DNA of 45,404 bases. Origin: Chloroflexota bacterium. GTDB lineage: Bacteria > Chloroflexota > Anaerolineae > 4572-78. The DNA is taken from NCBI GenBank assembly GCA_024278015.1, contig JAJRUC010000320.1, positions 1 through 45,404 of the forward strand. Direction: 5' to 3'. Both the position numbers and the translations under genes were made by a program. The notes beneath the pieces are model-generated. The model had not been told where the DNA came from and ran no database searches. It saw nothing but the letters and a program-made list of their open reading frames with translations. Of the stretch, positions 9,259 through 18,482 are shown in pieces; within the stretch, counting starts at the first letter, position 1, and each line of letters opens with the position of its first letter.

Positions 9259-10572
9259 TTATCCCGGCTTCCCCAGGCCTGCCACAAATTGTCTGAGCCG
9301 TTCTTCCATTTCCAGAACGCCGGGGCATGTTTGCCGCAGCAGGTCGGCTGGCGAGAGGTTGTTCCGATGCGCCTCCAGCACGGCTTCAGCCTCTGCATCG
9401 GTTTGGGCGTACAGGTAGCTGGTAGCAAGGCGCAGGGTCAGGTCAAGCGGGTCGGCCCCAAAATCCGAGCCGGGCAGGGTGGCGCAGTTGGCTTCTTGCA
9501 ACAGCAGGTCGGCCAGTTGTTGGCTGGTGCGAACATGGTGTTTTTCTGCCAGGGCCGCCCGCCAGGGGGCAAAGCCGGGGAACAGATAAAACCCGCCCGC
9601 CGGTTGGGGGGCGGGAATGTGCAACGCTTGCATAACGCCGTAGAGATAGCCGGTTACGTAGCCATGCACGGCGGTGCAGGCGTCAACGTAGGCATCAATT
9701 TCCGGGTTGTTGCTGTAAGCCACAATGGCGGCGTACTGGATGGGCGCGGCGGCGGTGGTCCAAATGGCGCCGGCCACCGCCGACATATAACGGTGCAGCG
9801 CTTGCCCAAACTCATTGTCGGGCACAATGGCCGCCCCCAGTCGCCAGCCGCCGAGGGAGAGATGTTTGCTTAGGCCGCCGGTGATGATGGTTCCTTCCGG
9901 GTAATAACGGGCAATAGAGGTGTGGGGCACATCGCCATAGGCGGTCAGGGCGTAAATTTCATCGCTGATGATGGTGATGTTTTCTGCTTTGGCAACCTGA
10001 GCCAGCGATTCCAGCAGCGCGGGCGGATACATAACGCCGGTGGGATTGTGCGGGCTGTTGAGGATGAGTATCCCCGGCGACGCTCCGGCTGTTTTAGCCG
10101 CTTTTATGCCGGCGGCAAGGTCTTCGGCGGTCAGGCAGTGGTTGTTTTCAAAAGAGGTGGGAATCCAGTGCGTGGTTTTACCCGTTAAAAAGGCGTGCGT
10201 TTCGTAGCTGACCCAGGAGGGAATCGGGAGCAGTAAATCCCCTTTCAGGGCGTGAAGGGCGGCAAACAGCAGGCTTTTGCTGCCGCTGCCCACAATAACC
10301 TGCCCGGCGGCGGCGTTTATGCCCATTCGGCGGCGGTAGTAAGCGGCAATGGCGGCCCGGAGTTCCGGCAGGCCGGCCACCGGCAGATACGAGCGTTCGG
10401 CGGCGTGGGCCTTGAGGGCCGCCAGCACCAGCGGATGCACCGGGAAGCGGGCTTCGCCGAAACCAAGCTGCAACACCGAATGGCCCTGGGCCCGCAGGGC
10501 GCGCACTTTGGTGTTAATGGCTAACGTGGAAGACATTTGGGGGCTTGGGTTTACAGATGATATGGCAGGCAT
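9259..10572 (-). CDS. PLP-dependent class I/II aminotransferase
   Basis: Motifs NSPHNPTG and GGLSKHLSLGGWRLG (PLP lysine context) are present. Start set at ATG 10572 (MPAISS) with a CAGGAGA RBS. Confidence 0.85.
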   Translation of the reverse strand: MPAISSVNPSPQMSSTLAINTKVRALRAQGHSVLQLGFGEARFPVHPLVLAALKAHAAERSYLPVAGLPELRAAIAAYYRRRMGINAAAGQVIVGSGSKSLLFAALHALKGDLLLPIPSWVSYETHAFLTGKTTHWIPTSFENNHCLTAEDLAAGIKAAKTAGASPGILILNSPHNPTGVMYPPALLESLAQVAKAENITIISDEIYALTAYGDVPHTSIARYYPEGTIITGGLSKHLSLGGWRLGAAIVPDNEFGQALHRYMSAVAGAIWTTAAAPIQYAAIVAYSNNPEIDAYVDACTAVHGYVTGYLYGVMQALHIPAPQPAGGFYLFPGFAPWRAALAEKHHVRTSQQLADLLLQEANCATLPGSDFGADPLDLTLRLATSYLYAQTDAEAEAVLEAHRNNLSPADLLRQTCPGVLEMEERLRQFVAGLGKPG

Positions 10573-10673
10573 TGTTTGTGTCTCCTGATTCAAGTTACTG
10601 TTAGCGGGCGTCACGCCGGTGTGGCCCTGAACGATTGGTACTCGTTATTTGGTACCGTTTTTATTATAGCGCA

Positions 10674-11426
10674 TTATGCCCAAAATGCCTTTTTTAAGTC
10701 GGTAAATTCGCTGACCGGGCCTTCAAATTTATTACGTCCCAGTTCCAGCACATACACATAATCGGCAATTTTCAGGGCCTGTCTGATTTCCTGGTCTACC
10801 AGCAAAATAGTCATGCCGGAATCTCTCAGGGCCATCAACATTTGATATATTTCTTCCGAAAGCAATTTTGCCAGCCCGGCGGTGGGTTCGTCAACCAGCA
10901 TCACCTTCGGGTCGGTCATCAGGGTGCGGCCCACCTCAACCATGCGCTGCTGCCCCCCGGACAGTTTGCCGGCCAACGATTTTCGGCGCTCTTTGAGGAT
11001 GGGAAATCGTTCATAAATCTCTTCTATTTTGCGTTTGATGCGCGTTTTGTCGCGTTGGAAGGTGTAGGCTCCCATTTCCAGATTCTCTTCAACGGACATC
11101 CAGCGAAAAACGCCGGGGTGCTGGGGAATATAAGCCAGCCCTTTTTCAATGAGCCGGTAGGTTGCCACCCCGGTTACGTCTTCGCCGTCAAGCGTAACGC
11201 GGCCCTGGTTTGGGGTTAAAAAGCCGTAAATGGCTTTCAGCAGGGTAGATTTACCCACGCCGTTGGCCCCCAGGACGGCTGTAATTTTGGCGCGTTGCGT
11301 CTTTAGGATTACGCCCTGCAAGATATTTAAATCCCGGTAATAGCCCACATACAGGTTATTTATTTCCATTGCCACGGTAGCGGGGTCAATTTGGATGGCT
11401 GCCGGGGGGCGTTCAGTGGCGGTCAT
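10674..11426 (-). CDS. livF: branched-chain/hydrophobic amino-acid ABC transporter ATP-binding protein (LivF type)
   Basis: Walker A GANGVGKST, signature LSGGQQRM and Walker B MLVDEP. It is the last gene of the liv-like operon. Confidence 0.9.
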   Translation of the reverse strand: MTATERPPAAIQIDPATVAMEINNLYVGYYRDLNILQGVILKTQRAKITAVLGANGVGKSTLLKAIYGFLTPNQGRVTLDGEDVTGVATYRLIEKGLAYIPQHPGVFRWMSVEENLEMGAYTFQRDKTRIKRKIEEIYERFPILKERRKSLAGKLSGGQQRMVEVGRTLMTDPKVMLVDEPTAGLAKLLSEEIYQMLMALRDSGMTILLVDQEIRQALKIADYVYVLELGRNKFEGPVSEFTDLKKAFWA

Positions 11427-12216
11427 TTTCAGGGCCTCCTTCTGGGGGGGGATGATGAACTCCCGGCTGAGAGATGGTTGTGGTCAAGGCGTCGTCGTCT
11501 TCTTCTCCCAGATAGGCTTCTATCACCGCCGGGTCGTGGCGAACCACATCGGGGTCGCCGTCGGCAATGAGCGTGCCGAAGTGCAACACCAGCAGTCGCT
11601 TGCTGAGGGTGAAAATGGTGTCCATATCATGGCTGATGATGATGAACGCTTTGCCCTGCGCGTTGACCGTGGTGATGTATTCGTAGATTGTTTCCATTAA
11701 TTTGGGATGAACGCCGGCAAACGGCTCATCCAGAATGATGATGTCCGGGTCGAGCATGAGCAAGCGGCCCAACTCCAGCAATTTTTGCTGGCCGCCGGAC
11801 AGGCTGCGGCCCAAATCGTTTGCCAGGTGTTCGAAGGTTAAAAATTCCAGCACGCCCCAGGCTTTTTCTTCCATGTCCTTTCGATGGGCCGTGGCGTGCA
11901 GGGCCATAGCCGGAACCAGTAAATTTTCAAGCACGGTCATGCGTCGAAAGGCGCGTGTTACCTGGAATGTGCGCCCCAGGCCGGCCAGGGCCACCTGATA
12001 GGGGGGCAGAATATCGATACGATGCCCGTTAAGGTACACGGTGCCGGTGGTGGGTTTTAGCACGCCGTCAAGGATGTTGGTGAGCGTGGTTTTTCCGGCC
12101 CCGTTGGGGCCAATCAGCCCCACCAGCTCCGGCCCGTTAATTTTAAAGCTCACCTGGTTTAATGCCCGTAAACCGCCAAAATCTTTTGCAACGTTGTTTA
12201 CCGCCAGTTCAATCAT
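11413..12216 (-). CDS. livG: branched-chain/hydrophobic amino-acid ABC transporter ATP-binding protein (LivG type)
   Basis: GPNGAGKTT, LSGGQQKLLELGR and ILDEP are present. Start set at ATG 12216 (MIELAVNNV), overlapping the livM stop as ATGA. Confidence 0.9.
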   Translation of the reverse strand: MIELAVNNVAKDFGGLRALNQVSFKINGPELVGLIGPNGAGKTTLTNILDGVLKPTTGTVYLNGHRIDILPPYQVALAGLGRTFQVTRAFRRMTVLENLLVPAMALHATAHRKDMEEKAWGVLEFLTFEHLANDLGRSLSGGQQKLLELGRLLMLDPDIIILDEPFAGVHPKLMETIYEYITTVNAQGKAFIIISHDMDTIFTLSKRLLVLHFGTLIADGDPDVVRHDPAVIEAYLGEEDDDALTTTISQPGVHHPPPEGGPENDRH

Positions 12217-13379
12217 ACATCCCCCTCCTGGCCTGCCAACCGTTTGGCTACCGTTTCTTCTGCCACGCCCCGGCGAGTTAAGCGCTGAATGATGGGATAC
12301 AGCAGGCCGTTGTTCCAAAATCGCAGCGTGAGCATCAGCAGCAAACCAAAGAACACCAGCCGCCAGGTGGTCATGTCAACCACCAGCGGGCCGATGTGCA
12401 GTTCGCGGAGTAGTTCCAGCATAAACTCAATAGCAATTGCGCCGATGGCGGCGGCCAGCAGGCTTTCCAGACCGCCGATAACCGCCATGGCAATGACCAG
12501 ACTCATCTGGGCAATCAGCAGGATATTGGGCGTAATCACCTGAACATAGTGGGCGTATACCGCCCCCGCAACGGCGGCGATGATACTGGTGATGGTGAAT
12601 ACCAGCACCTTGTAGCGCACAATATGCACGCCCAGGGCGGCGGCGGCTTCCTCATCTTCCCGAATGGAACGGATGAACAGCCCAAAGCGGGAGTTCGTCA
12701 GCCAATACATAAACAGCATCGATACCACAAACAGCAGCATCATTGCGTAATAGGGCGGAATTTTATCGACCGCGCTGAACCCGAACATGCCATTGGGGAA
12801 GAGCGGCTGCAATTGCAAGCCGTTGGGGCCGTCGGTAATGGCAATTTCAGCGTTAATTGCCACCCGCACAATTTCAGAGAAGCCGATGGTGAACAGCGCC
12901 AGGTAGGTTCGGCGCAGGCGCAGCACCAGCCCCCCCACCAGCACGCCGAACACGCCTCCCATAATTGCCGCCAGTATGATGCCATGCCAGGGGGGCAGGC
13001 GATAGATGAGCGTGCCGACGGGCATTGTCTTTTTGGCAATATCAAGGCAATTATCGCCGTAGGCGTTGATGAAAAACAGCCAGTGGTCGCCGATTTTTAT
13101 TTCCGGGGTGCAGATGCCGGTGGGGGCGGTTCCCAGTCGAATAAATTTGCTGTAAAGCCCCGTTGAATATGCGCCGATAGCCATAAAGGCCATATGTCCA
13201 AACGAAAACTGACCGGCGTATCCGGCCAGCAGCGACCAACTGGAAGCCAGAATGGCAAAGAAGAAGGCGATGATGCTGACGTGCATAATGTAGTTATTGG
13301 GAGTGAGAAAGGGGAATCCAACCAAAAGCACAATTCCCGACAAGGTAAATCCCCACACCAACCAGTTTCTCTTGCTCAT
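12213..13379 (-). CDS. livM: amino-acid ABC transporter permease (LivM type)
   Basis: 388 aa polytopic protein. AGQFSFGHMAFMAIGAY is the LivM signature region. ATGA overlap with the livH stop. Confidence 0.85.
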   Translation of the reverse strand: MSKRNWLVWGFTLSGIVLLVGFPFLTPNNYIMHVSIIAFFFAILASSWSLLAGYAGQFSFGHMAFMAIGAYSTGLYSKFIRLGTAPTGICTPEIKIGDHWLFFINAYGDNCLDIAKKTMPVGTLIYRLPPWHGIILAAIMGGVFGVLVGGLVLRLRRTYLALFTIGFSEIVRVAINAEIAITDGPNGLQLQPLFPNGMFGFSAVDKIPPYYAMMLLFVVSMLFMYWLTNSRFGLFIRSIREDEEAAAALGVHIVRYKVLVFTITSIIAAVAGAVYAHYVQVITPNILLIAQMSLVIAMAVIGGLESLLAAAIGAIAIEFMLELLRELHIGPLVVDMTTWRLVFFGLLLMLTLRFWNNGLLYPIIQRLTRRGVAEETVAKRLAGQEGDV

Positions 13380-14620
13380 AGCTCTCTCCCAAACAGCCCG
13401 GTTGGTTTAAGCAGCAAGACAATCACCAAAATGACCATGCCGTAAGCGGGAATATATGCTGTCGCGCGTTGGGGGTCTGGTATGCAGCCGGCGCCGATGG
13501 TTTCCACCAACCCCACAATCAGCCCGCCGATGAACGCGCCGGGCAATGACCCCATACCGCCCAGCACAATAATGACGAATGACCGGGCGGAAGCCAGCAC
13601 CCCCACCCAGGGAACCCACGAGAATACCTGCACCAGCGACGCCCCGGAAACTCCTGCCAGCGCCCCCCCCAGGGCAAAAGCCAGGGTGTTCATGCGGTTG
13701 GGGTTAATGCCGGTTACTGCCGCTGCCTGCCGGTCCTGGCTGACGGCGCGCAAGGCTTTGCCCGTCCACGTTTTGTACAGAAACCACATTAAAATACCCA
13801 ATAAAATCAGGGAAACCAGGGCGGCGGTGATACGTGTGGATGAAATTGTTATCGAATTAAAGAAGGAAAATGTGCGGACGTTCATCGTTAAGAGGGGCGC
13901 TTCTGCCCCGGAAGGGAAGGTGATATCCGGATATTGCACAAAACGGGGCACTTTTTTGGGATTGGCGCCCACCAGCGCCAGAACCAGATATTGTAAAAAG
14001 AAGGCCAGCCCGAATGTAACCAAAATGGCGTACTCGCCGGGGCGCTCTACTTGCCCGGTGTTCATGGCCCGCAAAAAGACAACTTCGAAGATGAGGCCAA
14101 TCAAAAAGGTGATAATCGCCGCGCCGATAATGCTGAAGAGCGGATTTAAACCGGGAAACCAGACCGTCCCGATATAATAAACCGCCATGCCGCCAATCAT
14201 ATAAAATTCGCCGTGCGCAAAGCTGACCACACCTAAAATGGAGAATATCAGGGTTAACCCCAGCGCCATCAGGCCGTAAATGCTGCCCATCACCAATCCG
14301 TTGGCAACCTGGGTGGTCAGGTAGTCGCTGCGGGCAACGCAAAAATTGGTGGGGTCGGCTTTGGCAAAGGCCGCGATAAAAACACCCAAAACGATAACGC
14401 TGGGTACGACTATCCAGCGCCAATTCAGGGTGGGGGTAAAATACCAGAAAGGGAGCAGGGAGATGGGGCCGCCGGCGGCTCCGACGGCCGTTCCCACCAG
14501 CCCTGCCTGCGAAACATCCAGGTCTTTGCGGGCGTAAATGCGGGGGCTGACGATGCCGCCCACCGCGCCCCAGCCAATAATCCACAAAAGGGCGTAGTAA
14601 AATATTGTGGGGTTTTCCAT
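13376..14620 (-). CDS. livH: amino-acid ABC transporter permease (LivH type) with about 100-aa N-terminal membrane extension
   Basis: 414 aa. The LivH core starts near NGLVMGSIYGLMALGLTLIF, and three extra TM segments precede it. AAGGA RBS lies upstream of ATG 14620. Confidence 0.8.
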   Translation of the reverse strand: MENPTIFYYALLWIIGWGAVGGIVSPRIYARKDLDVSQAGLVGTAVGAAGGPISLLPFWYFTPTLNWRWIVVPSVIVLGVFIAAFAKADPTNFCVARSDYLTTQVANGLVMGSIYGLMALGLTLIFSILGVVSFAHGEFYMIGGMAVYYIGTVWFPGLNPLFSIIGAAIITFLIGLIFEVVFLRAMNTGQVERPGEYAILVTFGLAFFLQYLVLALVGANPKKVPRFVQYPDITFPSGAEAPLLTMNVRTFSFFNSITISSTRITAALVSLILLGILMWFLYKTWTGKALRAVSQDRQAAAVTGINPNRMNTLAFALGGALAGVSGASLVQVFSWVPWVGVLASARSFVIIVLGGMGSLPGAFIGGLIVGLVETIGAGCIPDPQRATAYIPAYGMVILVIVLLLKPTGLFGREL

Positions 14621-14723
14621 AAATATGTCCTTCAGGGAAAGTTATTTGCTTTTTGTAATACGTAGCGTGCAGGGCGTAACATTGCTTTATGCTACGCCCT
14701 GTGCGTCACGAATTAAAAATTAA

Positions 14724-15034
14724 CTCACCTTACGCAGTTGGGAATTTGATGAACTCAAAATACCGGCAATTGTGGTATTGCCCCCACCCCCTAACCGCGC
14801 CGCGTCCCCCAAATTTGGGGGAGTACCCCATCCGGGGCACAGGTGGGGACAAAAAGGGATGCGCGGGGGGGGCGAAGCCCCCTCGCTCTTACTCACTCCC
14901 CCCTGCCCATTGGGAAGCACCCAAACAACGGGCACAGGTGGGGATACAGGGGGGAGGGGAATAGCTGCAATTTCGACTTTTTGCCTCAATTTGAACATCT
15001 CTATTTTGTCAAATCCTCAACCGCGTAAGGTGAG
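14724..15034. mobile_element. MITE-like non-autonomous element (311 bp) carrying C/G-tract hairpin modules
   Basis: Terminal inverted repeats (TIR) CTCACCTTACGCAGTTG (left) and CAACCGCGTAAGGTGAG (right) have 1 mismatch. An identical 7-bp direct repeat AAATTAA abuts both ends (14717-14723 and 15035-15041). The interior contains GGGCACAGGTGGGGA twice. There is no coding capacity. Confidence 0.6.
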
Positions 15035-15060
15035 AAATTAATTAAACTCATATCGCGTCA

Positions 15061-15103
15061 AGGACAGCCCCGCACCCGGTTTTTTGGGTTCCGGGGCTGT
15101 CCT
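15061..15103 (-). terminator. 12-bp stem-loop downstream of the substrate-binding protein gene (possible partial terminator or mRNA stabiliser)
   Basis: AGGACAGCCCCG ... CGGGGCTGTCCT is a perfect 12-bp stem, 23 nt after the stop at 15126. No clean U-tract follows on the minus strand, so confidence is moderate only. Confidence 0.4.
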
Positions 15104-15125
15104 TTAACAAATCATTCAACTGACA

Positions 15126-16616
15126 TCAGGGTCTAATCAGGTCAGCCGTTTTGTAGGTATCCGGATACACAACGGGGGCGTCTGCCGAAGCCTGGCCCAC
15201 TTTTTGATACTGCACTAAAGTGACAGCCGGATCGGGGAATTGATGCCACCATTTGGCGTCAACGCCTTCAGGGATGGGGTTGTGAGTGCCGTATTTAAAG
15301 TAAATGTTGCCCAACGCGCCGGCGTAAGAAATGTTTTCCAGGGCGTTGATGATAGCCGTAGAGTCAGTAGACCCCGCTTCGTTGATGGCCTGGGCCATTA
15401 ACTTGAAGGAATCGTATGCTTCCATAGCGTAAGACTCGGCTACTGACCGGCCTGACCTGGCTATGTACTTGTCAACAAAGGCAGTGGTTTCGGGGGTATA
15501 CAGCGACAGGGGCAACCCAATACGGGTGAAGACACACAGATTGCCGTCAGGCACATTGGCCCAAAAGGCTTCGTTGTCGGCGGCAACCTGATTGCAAATC
15601 ATGGGCACGTCTTGCGGCCCAATGCCGGCTTCGGCGGCCTGCTGCTCAAAATTGAACGAGGTTTCGCCGGTTAGGGTCACCAAAATCATTTCCGGATTCT
15701 CTGCCTTGATACGCTCGATGATACCGGAGAAGTCCTCGGTTCCGATGTCTGCGTTAAAGGTTACGGCCTCAACGCCCAAATCGGCCAGGGCGGCGGTTGT
15801 TTGCTCGGCAGCCGGAATGCCATAGCCCGTATTTTCGGTCATAATCACAATACGCTTCACGCCCAACGAGGCGATGAAGTTAGAGTGGATGGCTGCTACC
15901 TCTGACGACATAGGCGCAATGCGGAAGACTTCGGGGTATTGCACCGAGGTGATTTTATCGTTCCAGGTTTCGGCGAAGACGGTGGGCATACCATTGGCGT
16001 GGGCCACTTCTTTGGCGGTTAGCCCCACAGCGCTATGATATTCGCCAACCACACCCACAACTTTTTCCTGGTCAATCAGGCGTTCCATAGCGGCGGTGCC
16101 TCGTTCCGGCAACCCTTCCGTATCAACCAGAATCATCTCAACCGGTTTGCCCAACACGCCACCGGCCGCATTAACTTCTTCCACGGCGATTTCCATAGCA
16201 ATCTTCATGGCCTCGCCGCCGGTTACAGACCCCGGAGCGCTTAAGGGTGCCAGGGCGCCAATTTTAATGGTGTCGCCGCCGGTTGCGCCCGCCGTAGAGG
16301 TTTGGCCGTCAAAGTAGGCTTGCGCTTCTTCCGAACTGGGAATGTAAATTTTCCAGCCGACTTCAATTTCGTCGGAGTTTTTGATTTTGGCGTAGCTGCT
16401 GTCATCGGCATTTTTCTGGTTGGTGTAGTAGGTAATGGCCGGATAGGCGAAAATATCGCCCAGGAATTTGTCGGCCAGTTTACTGAGCCAATCGTCGGCT
16501 ACCACCACGTAATCTTGCCCGCCATCCTGTGCGGGGGGAGCCGCCACAGCGGCAACGGGAACTATCAACATTAGAATCGCAATCAATACCATCAATTTAA
16601 GCAGATGTTTTTTCAC
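15126..16616 (-). CDS. Leu/Ile/Val-type periplasmic binding protein (ABC substrate-binding) with N-terminal LysM-like module
   Basis: 496 aa with a GTG start and AAAGGAGGAG RBS, plus a signal peptide. Residues about 35-95 (YVVVADDWLSKLADKF...IEVGWKIYIPS) fit the LysM pattern. The remainder is type-1 PBP (IKIGALAPLSAPGS..). Confidence 0.85.
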   Translation of the reverse strand: MKKHLLKLMVLIAILMLIVPVAAVAAPPAQDGGQDYVVVADDWLSKLADKFLGDIFAYPAITYYTNQKNADDSSYAKIKNSDEIEVGWKIYIPSSEEAQAYFDGQTSTAGATGGDTIKIGALAPLSAPGSVTGGEAMKIAMEIAVEEVNAAGGVLGKPVEMILVDTEGLPERGTAAMERLIDQEKVVGVVGEYHSAVGLTAKEVAHANGMPTVFAETWNDKITSVQYPEVFRIAPMSSEVAAIHSNFIASLGVKRIVIMTENTGYGIPAAEQTTAALADLGVEAVTFNADIGTEDFSGIIERIKAENPEMILVTLTGETSFNFEQQAAEAGIGPQDVPMICNQVAADNEAFWANVPDGNLCVFTRIGLPLSLYTPETTAFVDKYIARSGRSVAESYAMEAYDSFKLMAQAINEAGSTDSTAIINALENISYAGALGNIYFKYGTHNPIPEGVDAKWWHQFPDPAVTLVQYQKVGQASADAPVVYPDTYKTADLIRP

Positions 16617-16749
16617 TTGTATCTCCTCCTTTTGTATCTAAAACTATATTTTTGTCCGGCATCATTTTTTTTGCAATAAACGCGCCTCCTTTCAATTTAG
16701 CGAGTTGGTGAACAGGTGAATTAAGCGGATGGTTGCGGGTTATCCTGCC

Positions 16750-17745
16750 TTATTCCTTGTCTTTGGCGCAACGGAAGCCGATGTCGTCGTTGGCGGTAAT
16801 GGTGGGGTCGCCGCCGTTGCGATTGGTGGTAGTCACAAATGCCTCCTCATCGAACCAGCCGCCCCCGCGCAAGCCACGAGTTTCCGGGTTGTAAAAGGGG
16901 TCCTGGTAGTTGCTGCCGGGGTAGGCTTGATAGGCGGAGGCAACCCACTCTTTAACGTTGCCGGCCACATCGAACAAGCCGTACGGGTTGGCCGGGAACG
17001 TCCCCACCGGCAGGGTGCGGCGCTGGCCGCTGTCTTTGCCGTTGAACATTGTGGGGTCGTAGGTATTCCCCCACGGAAAAAGGAAGCCGTCGGGGCCGCG
17101 CGCGGCTTTTTCCCATTCAAATTCGGTGGGCAGCCGTTTGCCCGCCCATTGACAAAAAGCCTGGGCATCGAAAAACGTGACAAATACCACCGGGTTGTTC
17201 TCTTTCCCTGCGGGGAAGACCCAGCGCCAGTTTTGGGGGCTGTTTTGCTGTTCACGATACGTTTGGTAGCCGGTAGCATCCACAAAGGCGGCGAAATCGG
17301 CATTGGATATTTCGTAGGCATCAATTGAAAAGGCGGGCAAATCCATTTTCTGGGCCGGGCCTTCATTTTGTTCGCTGTTGTCGTTGCCCAGCAAAAATGC
17401 GCCGGCCGGAATTTCCATCATAACATCGGTGATGGCCGGGGCCGGGGTGGGTGTGGGCGCTGGTGTGCTGTCTGCGGCGGGTTCTGTGGGCGGAATTGAC
17501 GGGGTGCGGGTGGGAGTAGGGCTGGGACGCGGCGTGGAAGTGGGCGGTAATGGCGGCGGTGTGGCGGTGGGTTTGAGTTTGACCACAGTGGGCGTTGGCG
17601 AAGTAGTTGAACGCGCCGTGGCCCGGGCCACTGATTTATCTTCCACCCGGTCAACAATATCGCCGCAGGCAGCGACATTCAGGGTCATCAGTGCCAGCAA
17701 AAAAAACAGCAGCATCCCTTGATGCAAAAATTTTCCGGTGCGCAT
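16750..17745 (-). CDS. formylglycine-generating-enzyme (FGE/SUMF1) domain lipoprotein with Pro/Thr-rich linker
   Basis: The C-terminal domain has GKRLPTEFEWEKAARG, GNVKEWV and RGGGWF (FGE-sulfatase fold motifs). Lipobox LNVAACG is present. Start set at ATG 17745 with an AGGAG RBS. Confidence 0.8.
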   Translation of the reverse strand: MRTGKFLHQGMLLFFLLALMTLNVAACGDIVDRVEDKSVARATARSTTSPTPTVVKLKPTATPPPLPPTSTPRPSPTPTRTPSIPPTEPAADSTPAPTPTPAPAITDVMMEIPAGAFLLGNDNSEQNEGPAQKMDLPAFSIDAYEISNADFAAFVDATGYQTYREQQNSPQNWRWVFPAGKENNPVVFVTFFDAQAFCQWAGKRLPTEFEWEKAARGPDGFLFPWGNTYDPTMFNGKDSGQRRTLPVGTFPANPYGLFDVAGNVKEWVASAYQAYPGSNYQDPFYNPETRGLRGGGWFDEEAFVTTTNRNGGDPTITANDDIGFRCAKDKE

Positions 17746-18044
17746 CCACGTCTCCTGAAGGGGTTTGATATTATCAAAAGCCGGCAATTCTTGAATAACG
17801 CAACAGAGAGCAATTCAAGCCGCGACATCAAAACTGCAAACAAAAAGCAAAACGCTTCATCCATCCATCGTTGCTTTTGAAGTGGGGTGAGCAATATAAA
17901 ATTTATCAAAAACCATTGACTTTTTTAGTATAACGGCATGGCGATGTTGTGTCAAACTTTGATTAAGGCTCAGAAGAATATCATTATGTGATTTTTGTTT
18001 TGCGCATGTGCGAAAAATCACGAAAGTTATGTGACATTTGTCAC

Positions 18045-18073
18045 TATACAATCAAGAGAGGGATGAGTATAAT
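18045..18073 (+). promoter_or_regulatory. candidate sigma70-type promoter of the arsR-cytochrome-yeeE operon
   Basis: TATACA (18045-18050), 17-nt spacer, TATAAT (18068-18073), located in a roughly 320-bp AT-rich island. The -35 matches only 4/6. Confidence 0.45.
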
Positions 18074-18080
18074 TTGGATA

Positions 18081-18096
18081 GTATATTCGAATATAC
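18081..18096. promoter_or_regulatory. perfect 16-bp palindrome, candidate ArsR-family operator
   Basis: GTATATTCGAATATAC is its own reverse complement. It lies 8 nt downstream of the -10 hexamer and 13 nt upstream of the arsR-like ATG. Confidence 0.5.
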
Positions 18097-18108
18097 GGAT
18101 ATTACCGT

Positions 18109-18468
18109 ATGCAGGTGCAGGGAAATATGAAACGACCGAACACCCAGGAATTAAGAGAAATGCATGCCACATTATGCCAGGCCTTGGCCGATCCAACTCG
18201 CATCGCGCTTCTATATGAGCTTGGTAATGGCCCCAAGCACGTAAATGAATTTGTAAATGCCCTGAATTTGCCTCAGGCAACCGTCTCCCGGCATTTGAAA
18301 ATGCTGCGGGAGCGCTCGTTGGTAAATACCAGGCGAGAAGGCTCGTATATCTACTACAGTTTGGCTGATGAGCGAGTTTTAGGCGCTTTGGATATTATGT
18401 TTTCCGTTAAAAATGACATTTTGGTTCGACAAGGAAATCTGGCAAAAACTTCTTCACAAACCGACTGA
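18109..18468 (+). CDS. ArsR/SmtB-family winged-helix transcriptional regulator
   Basis: LADPTRIALLYELGNGPKHVNEFVNALNLPQATVSRHLKMLRERSLV is the ArsR HTH core. There is a single Cys and no ELCVCD metal site. ATG 18127 is an alternative start. Confidence 0.85.
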   Translation: MQVQGNMKRPNTQELREMHATLCQALADPTRIALLYELGNGPKHVNEFVNALNLPQATVSRHLKMLRERSLVNTRREGSYIYYSLADERVLGALDIMFSVKNDILVRQGNLAKTSSQTD

Positions 18469-18482
18469 AAGTAGGTGATGCA

